This document shows positions 7,552 to 15,419 of a DNA stretch of 45,892 bases, piece after piece. The notes beneath the pieces are model-generated. The model had not been told where the DNA came from. It searched no databases and was given only the letters and a program-made list of their open reading frames with translations. Each line of letters starts with the position of its first letter. Position 1 is the stretch's first letter. The stretch is taken from assembly GCA_014382295.1 (NCBI GenBank), contig JACNJZ010000094.1, positions 1 to 45,892 on the forward strand, read 5' to 3'. The DNA comes from Candidatus Desulfobia pelagia. GTDB taxonomy: Bacteria; Desulfobacterota; Desulfobulbia; Desulfobulbales; SURF-16. A program made the translations under genes and the position numbers.

Positions 7552-9687
7552 CTACTCAACAGCACAGAAATTAACCCATGAAGCATCATGGACCCTGACA
7601 TCGTCAAAGCCCAGGTAACGGAACATAAAGTAGGCGCTTCCGGCAAGCTGGCCAGTATTACAGCTTGTGATAACGGTATGCTTGGGAGTAATGCCATTTT
7701 TCTTCAGCATCCAGAGCAACTCATCCGGTTTTTTCAGCGCGCCGTTTTCCATATAGAGTGCGCTGAGAGGCAGGTTAATGGAGCCTGGAATCCTTCCGGC
7801 ACGTGCCGCCTGACCGTGTTTGGCCAAACCTTTTGCCTGGCTGACGATACGGGAATCGATAATCTTGACCATATTATTATCAAGATTTGCCCTGACATAA
7901 TCATTGTCAACCGTAAACCCTGGATTGACTGTGCCACCGAAGGCAACCTCTTCAGGCTCGACTTCCTCATCCGACATATGATAACCGGCCTCATGCCACC
8001 CTTCTATGCCGCCATCAAGATAAGAAACGTTGGTTGCACCGGCATATTCAAGTACCCAAATAATAAATCCGGCATTTTTCCCATCTTTGTCATATACGAC
8101 GATATGGTCATCAGCTTTTAAACCTTGTTCACCTATAATCTCAATAAGTTCATTATCTGCGATAAGCTGCATTGGGAAATCATCATCCCACGAGTGGCGT
8201 AATCCTGACTGAATCGGATCTAGAGGGACAGCACCTTTGATATGCCCCTTCTCATAAGGACCTTCCCCTCTTGCATCAACAATTTTCACACCTTTTTTCC
8301 CGATGTTATCATGCAGCCATTTGGCATCGACGACCATGTTATGCCTGACTTTGCTGGTATCAATATTGAGAGGCATGACCTTTTTACGCTTCTTGGGAAC
8401 CTTGTTGTCCGGTACGACAACCTTGGCATTTGCCTCTATTTCGTAGTCAAGAAGATCTTTTGTATCCAAAAAGAGCTCTCGGTTTCCATGGCAGTTATTA
8501 CAGTTGGCTGTCTGCCAGGTTTTACGCTGAATATTATGCGGTGAAGTACGCTTCCAGTTCGGAGTGTTGCTGAAGTTGGTGAACGCGTCTTTCACATAGA
8601 AATCAAAAAGTTTCGGATCCGTGGGTTCATGACGGACCAGGATATATTTATTCGTCTGGTTCGGCTCATCCTTGTCATAGTTAAGGCCAATTTTCATGCC
8701 TTCAACTTCTTTCTGGTTCTGGAAGTAGCGGAGGCCTTCATCGTCTTTACCGGTATGACAACTGTAGCAATTGACATATGTCTGGGAATGACATACCTGA
8801 CACTGGACTTTACCAACATGCAGATTATGATCTCGCACAGATCCATATTTCAGGTCCTGATGACAGTCCTCACAATTCACCATCTCTTTCAGATGGTAGC
8901 GGCCTTTCAAGCCTTCAGGAGCGGCAGCATGCATTTCTTCTGCCGGATGACAGGCCACACAGTCCATATCATACTTGGTCACATGAACGTCACCCTCACC
9001 GCGAGATCCGTAGTACTCAGCGCCTACCCTACTGCCATGACAGGCAGTACACTGGTTAAACGGATCAGACCGTTTCTGGAACATATGGCCATCTATAAAT
9101 CCTTTCTTGGCAAATTTCGGACGGCTGACATGACACCCGCCGCAACTTGTATGACATGCAGCACAATGACCTTTACGAGCCTCGTCAATTTCATGCCACT
9201 TGTTCATATCAGAACGGGTTTTCAGCACTGTTGTAAAAGTTGATAGAGTAGCATGCAGAGAATCTTTTGCCGTAGAGACTATATCTTCATGGCATTCCCC
9301 ACAGGCACCTTCAGGATTGTTAATGGATGGATGGGGATCAAAATCTTTATGGGCGCCGGCTTTAGTTTTATCAGCAGGATTTCCACCGTGACAGTTTTCA
9401 CAGCCGACCTCGCCATGATCTGTTTCCAGAAAATCACCAGACACCAGAACTTTTTCGACTGGCCCCAACGGGGCCACTTTTCCGCCTCAGCCTGCACCTG
9501 ACTGTTTGGCAGACCCCTTTTTCTTGACGACAGTTATATTTTCTTCCAACATTACTTCGTCAGTATGGCAGCCGATACAGCTCGACTCACTTGCAAAGGC
9601 CTTCCCGACACCAATAAAGGGAATCAGCCCTGCGGCCAGAATGGTGACACATGCACCAAACAAACATCGCTCTTTCCATTTTTCCAT
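7552..9687 (-). CDS. Predicted 711-aa selenocysteine-containing undecaheme cytochrome c with tandem rhodanese domains (Sec67 = TGA at 9489..9487); joins ORF-track ORFs 9487..9687 and 7552..9477
   Basis: Continuous frame ...GGT GCA GGC TGA GGC GGA AAA GTG GCC...; AGGAGGT SD and signal peptide only on the upstream part; SECIS-like hairpin after the TGA; CxxCH x11 (CIGCH, CENCH, CGECH, CAACH, CGGCH, CTACH, CVACH, CEDCH, CQVCH, CYSCH, CNNCH); rhodanese motifs GHIKGA, YLDGG, GRIPGS, SCNTG, DASW. Confidence 0.85.
9460..9476 (-). promoter_or_regulatory. Bacterial SECIS-like hairpin
   Basis: mRNA UGA-GGCGGAAAAG-UGGCCCC-GUU-GGGGCCA: perfect 7-bp stem; loop starts with GU, 18 nt downstream of the UGA. 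Confidence 0.8.
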
Positions 9688-9808
9688 GCTCTACCTCCTC
9701 ATTGTTTTTGAAAAAAACATTCATTCAGTGTTCATCGACATTAGGTAAGAACTTAGCGGTATGGCCGTGCTTGCCGACCAGTGCGTTTTTAATTGTCTGA
9801 CTTCATTG

Positions 9809-10996
9809 TTAATCATCATCGGAATCTAATTCTTCCCACCCGTCGGTCAGGGTTTCAAGAAAAACAACTAGATCTTCGAGTTCCTGGTTGGTCAGTTTCA
9901 GATTGCCGAGTTCCTCCCTGTTCACATTCTCGGCAACTTCAGGGTCTGGCCAACAGGAGACGTCACGAGTGTTATAGAAGGCCAAGACATTGAACAGCGT
10001 CTTATATACACCATTGTGCAGATAAGGGGCGGTGATTGCAACATTGCGAAGAGTTGGTACACGAAATTTGCCATTCTGCGCCGGATCATTGACAGTCTTT
10101 CCCAACCCCAGGTCAATGAAGGAAAAACCGTCAGGGTTCAGCTCAGGAGGTAAAGAGTAGAAAGGATTTTCCGGATTCCGAGGTGTCCCCAGATTGTCAT
10201 ATGTGAAATCAGTAAAAAGCGGCGGGGTCCCATCCTCTTCAGGTCTGCTTGGATGACAGGCAGCGCAGTTTCCCTTCTCTTCGTCATCAAAAAGCTTTAA
10301 ACCCCGTAATTCCTGTTCACTCAATTCAGCTTCACCCCGAAGCCAGTGGTCATACTTTGAACTGAAAGGATTTACCTCGGGGGTCATCTCATAAGCCGCA
10401 ATGGCATCTGCCATGTTGTCGAAAGCCAAGTCTGGAGTACTCAGGGCCTCAGATCCGTAAACTTCAATAAAAAGAGAAGCATAGCTAAGCTGCCTCAGTT
10501 TCTCAACAATGGTCAGCGTATCAGGATTGGCCATTTCCAGAGGATTAAGCGGTGGCCCCTGGGCTTGCTCGGCCAAAGAGTTAACCCGACCATCCCAGAA
10601 AAGCCCGCCAACCCAGACGTCTTCTCCTTTGTTGAAATGCAAAGGCGGCACAAAAGCAGCATAGGAAACAGTCATATCATTTCGATTGCCGAATAAACCG
10701 GGACGGGCTCCTTTGGAAACCGGCAGACCAGTTAAAGGATCAGCAAAGGCTATTTCAGGATCGTGGCAGGCTGAACAGTCCTGACCTGGTGGTGTCGAAA
10801 GGCTCTTCTCAAAAAACAGCAGCTTACCAAGGCGCTCCTTGGCATTAAAAGATGAATCAATTGAGACGACAGGTAACTCGTGATCATCTTCATCATGATC
10901 GTCATGTAAATTTTTAGCACAGCCACCGAGAAGGAACACCGCCAGCAGAGCAATGACGGACAACTCGCATAAATGAAATCTTTTCTGACCAACCAT
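9809..10996 (-). CDS. Diheme cytochrome c peroxidase / MauG-family lipoprotein
   Basis: Lipobox LLGGC, LGKLLFFE, CSACH, FWDGR, PPLNPLEM, CAACH, FRVPTLRNV..TAPYLHNG. Confidence 0.92.
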   Translation of the reverse strand: MVGQKRFHLCELSVIALLAVFLLGGCAKNLHDDHDEDDHELPVVSIDSSFNAKERLGKLLFFEKSLSTPPGQDCSACHDPEIAFADPLTGLPVSKGARPGLFGNRNDMTVSYAAFVPPLHFNKGEDVWVGGLFWDGRVNSLAEQAQGPPLNPLEMANPDTLTIVEKLRQLSYASLFIEVYGSEALSTPDLAFDNMADAIAAYEMTPEVNPFSSKYDHWLRGEAELSEQELRGLKLFDDEEKGNCAACHPSRPEEDGTPPLFTDFTYDNLGTPRNPENPFYSLPPELNPDGFSFIDLGLGKTVNDPAQNGKFRVPTLRNVAITAPYLHNGVYKTLFNVLAFYNTRDVSCWPDPEVAENVNREELGNLKLTNQELEDLVVFLETLTDGWEELDSDDD

Positions 10997-11166
10997 ACCT
11001 CTTCACCTTTACTATATAAATTTAACCATTTATTTCTTCTTCCCTAACTCCCATTAGGTAATAGTGTCCAATGTACCCCATCCCCCTCAAAACGCACTTT
11101 TTTTTTTGAAAAAATTCAGTTTTATTCCGGCAGGACTGTATGGTTGCCTGTAGATAATATCGGCCC

Positions 11167-11754
11167 TTACTTATTGGAGGCCTCATAAAAAAGAATTGTA
11201 GCATTGGCGATTCTTTCATACATTTTTATCTGTCGTCGATGGGGTGCCCAATCAATAAGAAAGTTCGCAATGGCATTCCACAGGGACACCCATGCCGCTA
11301 TATTGAGTCCTTCGGCAAACACATCTGCCATGACAGTTTCATTGCCAGCAGTTTTCTGGTTGAGCAACACTGACAGAAAAAGGATTACAACTCCGATAGA
11401 AAAGAGGATAAAAGAGGACCGTGTCATTCTCGCCAACTCACGGAACTTAAGCTGCTTCAGATAGAGAAAATAATTGTAGATACTCGTTTTCACACGAGTC
11501 GTAAGATTAAAATCAGCTGCGGCAGTAAAGCGAAATTGGATAACAAAATCTTCTTTCCCAATTTCGCTTACAGAATCGATAATATAGTCTACGAGATCCT
11601 GATCCAGTTCTTTTTTCACATACGGTGCATGCTTATCAAAGTCATTATATAGATCCTCAACCTTTCCCGCTGCAATATCAATAATGACCTTATTTCCGGA
11701 AGTCCGTGAATAACGATCAAGTATCTTTTTTTTCATTTTATCAATTCCAACCAT
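11167..11754 (-). CDS. Hypothetical membrane protein with two C-terminal TM helices; start may be ATG 11736
   Basis: 195-aa ORF filling the gap co-directionally; hydrophobic segments FILFSIGVVILFLSVLL and VFAEGLNIAAWVSLWNAI. Confidence 0.75.
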   Translation of the reverse strand: MVGIDKMKKKILDRYSRTSGNKVIIDIAAGKVEDLYNDFDKHAPYVKKELDQDLVDYIIDSVSEIGKEDFVIQFRFTAAADFNLTTRVKTSIYNYFLYLKQLKFRELARMTRSSFILFSIGVVILFLSVLLNQKTAGNETVMADVFAEGLNIAAWVSLWNAIANFLIDWAPHRRQIKMYERIANATILFYEASNK

Positions 11755-11811
11755 AAAAACAAGCTGACCGGGAAACCCGATGCACCAGCGGCTACAGCCG
11801 CCCTATGGGCG

Positions 11812-12258
11812 TCATCTGCTGCGCCCTTGGCCTCCCTTGCTGTTACCTTGTCCGCCGCCGCGACCACCACCGTGCCCGCTTTTGCCTCCGCCGTATCCGC
11901 CCTTACTGCCTCCAAACCCACCTTTATCACCACCAAATCCACCTCTACCACCGCCCTGTCCGCCTCTGCCTCCGCCCTGTCCACCTCTGCTGCCGCCTCT
12001 ACTATCACGCTTTTCAGGGCGTGGACTCGCCTCATTGACCTTAAGGGGTCTCCCTTTCAGATCTTTACCGTTCAAGCCTTCCATTGCAGCCTGGCCCGCA
12101 GCTTTGGAGGCCATCTCCACGAATCCAAAACCTTTTGACTTGCCAGTCAATTGATCGTTAATAATGATAGCGGACAGAACCTCTCCGAATTCTTCCAACG
12201 CAAGCCGCAAATCCTTTCCAGTGACATCGTATGACAAATTCCCAACATAAATCTTCAT
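11812..12258 (-). CDS. RRM RNA-binding protein (Rbp family) with Gly/RGG-rich tail
   Basis: RNP2 IYVGNL, RNP1 KGFGFVEM, LKVNEA; AAGGAG SD. Confidence 0.96.
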   Translation of the reverse strand: MKIYVGNLSYDVTGKDLRLALEEFGEVLSAIIINDQLTGKSKGFGFVEMASKAAGQAAMEGLNGKDLKGRPLKVNEASPRPEKRDSRGGSRGGQGGGRGGQGGGRGGFGGDKGGFGGSKGGYGGGKSGHGGGRGGGQGNSKGGQGRSR

Positions 12259-12495
12259 CCTGATCTCCTTCGCAATGAGTTAGTTCCCTCAGCCTGTCTA
12301 ATGAATTAATATCTGTTCGAAAACTACCATTTTAAAATGAACATGTTGCCCCGAATTTTATTCCATTTCTGAAAAATATACCAAGAAAATAGGCTCCCAT
12401 TAGACAATAAAGAAAACACCATTCTCCTTTCTTACAGGTACCTTATATAAACGAGTCCATAGCCTGTCATTCTTTTTTCGTCACAGGAATAACCA

Positions 12496-12544
12496 ATTCT
12501 CATTCGGAAACGGCTATTAGAACAAATTGTTTCCGAATGGAAAC
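12496..12544. repeat. Short inverted-repeat element related to the ends of the 33942..34082 element
   Basis: ATTCTCATTCGGAAAC ... GTTTCCGAATGGAAAC. Confidence 0.6.
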
Positions 12545-12569
12545 GAACTAAATCTTTGGCATTCCTTTT

Positions 12570-14060
12570 ATGATATGGTATCTGGAATCAACACTCACGG
12601 CGGTTCAAAAGAAAAACTGGATGGTTCATTTGTATACTTTTTTATTGAGAAAAGACATTCTCCCTGTCCATTATTATTGTTGGAAGACCCGCCTTTCCAC
12701 TCTCATTCCCCTGGCACTATTCGCCGCTCTTTTCTTGCTGCTTTCCGGCTGCACGTACACAGTTAACAACACTTTTCCTCCTGCAGTACCGGAAGCTCCT
12801 TCGTATTCACCTGCAGACCCATCAGGCGACATGCTTCCCCATCACTGGTGGACCGTCTTTGATGACCCAAAGCTTAACGCCAGTATTGACAAAGCCCTGT
12901 CAGACAATTTCACCCTCAAGAAAGGCTATGCCCGGATGTCCCAGGCACTTCATAGCCGAAAAAAAACAGCGTCTCTTCTCTATCCCCAGCTAGACAGTAA
13001 TTTTTCCGGAACTTCCACCTGGTTTTCCGGTGAAAGTCAGGAAAACCGTAATAATCTCACCCTGGATCTTTCATGGGAAATTGATTTCTGGGGCAAACTT
13101 TCGTCTGCCGACAAGGCGGCTTTGTTTGATTTTGAAGCCGGCAGAGATGATGTCGAAACAGTGGCACTGCTTCTCAGTTCACAGGTAGCAGACAACTATT
13201 TCCAGCTCATCGAGCAAAAACTACAGCTGGAACTACTAGAAAAACAGATCAAGGTCCATGAGACTTTTCTTGACCTTATAACGCTGCGATTTGCAAACGG
13301 TGCTGCTTCTGTTGTCGATGTATATCAGCAGCGCCAGCTCCTTGCTGCCGACCGAGCCAAAATGCCCCTTATTCATACCCAGATAGCAACCCTTGGAAAT
13401 CGCCTGGATATCCTCATGGGTATGGCCCCGGTCAGCACTTCACTGCCGACAACCTATTCCCTGCCCTCTCTGCCTCCGATACCGCTTCTTGGTGTCCCGG
13501 CAGACCTCCTGCAGAACAGACCTGACTTGCGGATGTTACACAAAAACCTCCTGGCTGCCGACCATCGAGTTGCTGCTGCTGTCGCTGACCGGCTGCCGCA
13601 GATCACCATCGGCGGCACCGGGGGACTGCTCAACGGTGATCTTTTCCTGACTCTTTTCGGCGATGCCTTTGCAAGCATTGTCAACTGGGGAAGTCTCAAA
13701 GGTGAAGTTGAAAAACAAAAGGCTGTTGTCCAGGAAATACTGGCAGACTATTCACAAAGCTATATTACTGCCATTGAAGAAGTTGAAAATGCTCTGGTAA
13801 CTGAAAAAAACCACATGGATCTCCTCAAGGCCCTTGATGACCAGCTGATCATATCCCAGGCAACCCTGAAGGAAACACGCAACCAATACATGCAGGGCCT
13901 AACTGATTATCTGCCGGTCCTCTCTGCACTTGTCTCTCTGCAGAATCTCGAAAGAGACATACTGACACGACACAGACAGCTCATTTCAATTCGTATCCTG
14001 CTGTACAGGGCATTAGGTGGAGCACCTATACTGGATGCTTTTCCACCTGCAACAGGATGA
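12570..14060 (+). CDS. RND efflux outer-membrane factor (NodT/OprM-type lipoprotein); true start probably further downstream
   Basis: Lipobox LLLSGC, WWTVFDDPKL, SWEIDFWG, PADLLQNRPD, LYRALGG. Confidence 0.92.
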   Translation: MIWYLESTLTAVQKKNWMVHLYTFLLRKDILPVHYYCWKTRLSTLIPLALFAALFLLLSGCTYTVNNTFPPAVPEAPSYSPADPSGDMLPHHWWTVFDDPKLNASIDKALSDNFTLKKGYARMSQALHSRKKTASLLYPQLDSNFSGTSTWFSGESQENRNNLTLDLSWEIDFWGKLSSADKAALFDFEAGRDDVETVALLLSSQVADNYFQLIEQKLQLELLEKQIKVHETFLDLITLRFANGAASVVDVYQQRQLLAADRAKMPLIHTQIATLGNRLDILMGMAPVSTSLPTTYSLPSLPPIPLLGVPADLLQNRPDLRMLHKNLLAADHRVAAAVADRLPQITIGGTGGLLNGDLFLTLFGDAFASIVNWGSLKGEVEKQKAVVQEILADYSQSYITAIEEVENALVTEKNHMDLLKALDDQLIISQATLKETRNQYMQGLTDYLPVLSALVSLQNLERDILTRHRQLISIRILLYRALGGAPILDAFPPATG

Positions 14061-14067
14061 ACACATA

Positions 14068-14160
14068 TCTCACAGAGCTCTCAAAGGCGCAGAGAAAAAC
14101 AAAAAAGCTCTGTGACTCTATGCACCCCAAGGGCATTTCCTTCGGGGCAACTCTGTGAGA
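14068..14160. repeat. Intergenic palindromic element with CACAGAG/CTCTGTG arms
   Basis: Perfect 10-bp terminal IR TCTCACAGAG/CTCTGTGAGA with internal degenerate units. Confidence 0.65.
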
Positions 14161-14186
14161 AATTTACAAAAAGAAGGTCCATATTA

Positions 14187-15419
14187 ATGAAATTTTTCAT
14201 TTCCATACTTGCCCTGGCACTGGCTGCAGTCATATCTTTCAGCCTCTATGCCAATAAACCCAAAACAGAAAAGAAACCTCCAGAGCGGACTGTTCCCATT
14301 GTTAAAACGCTTCATGTCCAGCCAGCCAGTGAACAGGTTTTTCTTGAGGCTTATGGTACTGTTATTCCTGCCCGCCAGATCAAACTCTCTGCCGAAGTGA
14401 GTGGCAGGGTCATCCGTCAGAATCCCGAAATGGTACCCGGAGGAGTAATAAATAAAGATGATTTTATTCTTGAAATAGAGCCGGCGGACTATACCCTTCA
14501 GGTTCAAGAATGCCTGGCAGAGTTAGCCAATGCCCAGTATGAGCTGGAACTTGAAGAAGGAAGACAGACAATAGCCAGGCAGGAATGGCTGCTTCTGGAA
14601 AAGGACCTTGAATCTTCCCTTGCCAGTAAAAGTCTGGCTCTCCGTGAACCCCACCTGAAACATGCCCAGGCCAAACTTGATGCGGCAAAAAGCCGACTGG
14701 AAGCAGCAGAACTGGATTTACAAAGAACAACAATCCGTTCACCATTCCATGCGCTTGTCCTTGAGGAGTTTGTTGAACATGGCCAGATCCTTGGGCAGCA
14801 GACACCCATTGCCACCCTTGCCGGGGCAGATCATTTCTGGATACAGGTATCGATCCCGGCTTCACTCATTCCCCGGATCACCTTCCCAAATGGGCCTAAA
14901 AAACAGGGAAGCACCGTCGAGGTCCTCCTTGAAGAAAAAAACGGCGGAACCGAAATGGTCCGCCACGGAAAACTGTTCAAATTACTCGGAGATCTCGACC
15001 CCAAAGGAAGAATGGCCCGTATTCTTATTTCAATTGAAGACCCGCTGAATTTATCTAAAAAACCGGACCCAGACTCCCTCAGTAAAATCCTCCTTGGCAG
15101 CTATATCAAGGTCAGGATAGATGCAGGCGTCATGGAGAACGTCTATACGATTCCACGACAGGCAATAAGAGAGGGTGATCGTCTCTGGGTTGTCAATGAA
15201 AATGGAATTCTCGACATCAGACCTGCACAGATACGCTGGCGCCGGGTTGATGAAATGCTTGTTTCCGCCGAAATCAAACCGGGAGAAGAGGTTATTATAA
15301 GCCGGCTCCAGTCTCCTCTTCCCGGAATGACTGTTCGCCTTGACAGAGGCAATGGTGTTGCCAAAACAGAGAACAGCACAATGATCACTTCTGAGGCGGC
15401 TCCAGATAATGGACGATAA
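14187..15419 (+). CDS. RND efflux periplasmic adaptor (MFP)
   Basis: ATG 14187 (AGAAGG SD) followed by a TM anchor; EVSGRV, coiled coil, TTIRSPF. Confidence 0.93.
   Translation: MKFFISILALALAAVISFSLYANKPKTEKKPPERTVPIVKTLHVQPASEQVFLEAYGTVIPARQIKLSAEVSGRVIRQNPEMVPGGVINKDDFILEIEPADYTLQVQECLAELANAQYELELEEGRQTIARQEWLLLEKDLESSLASKSLALREPHLKHAQAKLDAAKSRLEAAELDLQRTTIRSPFHALVLEEFVEHGQILGQQTPIATLAGADHFWIQVSIPASLIPRITFPNGPKKQGSTVEVLLEEKNGGTEMVRHGKLFKLLGDLDPKGRMARILISIEDPLNLSKKPDPDSLSKILLGSYIKVRIDAGVMENVYTIPRQAIREGDRLWVVNENGILDIRPAQIRWRRVDEMLVSAEIKPGEEVIISRLQSPLPGMTVRLDRGNGVAKTENSTMITSEAAPDNGR

Noticed and set aside
9487-9687. Stand-alone 66-aa monoheme cytochrome plus a separate 641-aa protein, or a nonsense pseudogene
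   Set aside because: The in-frame TGA, the SECIS-like hairpin, intact motifs on both sides and the missing signal peptide downstream favour Sec read-through. Not formally excluded without homolog alignment.
11780-12154. Pro-rich and Ala/Ser/Thr-rich + strand ORFs
   Set aside because: Antisense readings of the Gly-rich repeat tail of the RRM gene.
14112-14186. N-terminal extension of the MFP in the ORF track
   Set aside because: It lies within the intergenic palindromic repeat; ATG 14187 has an SD and directly precedes the TM anchor.
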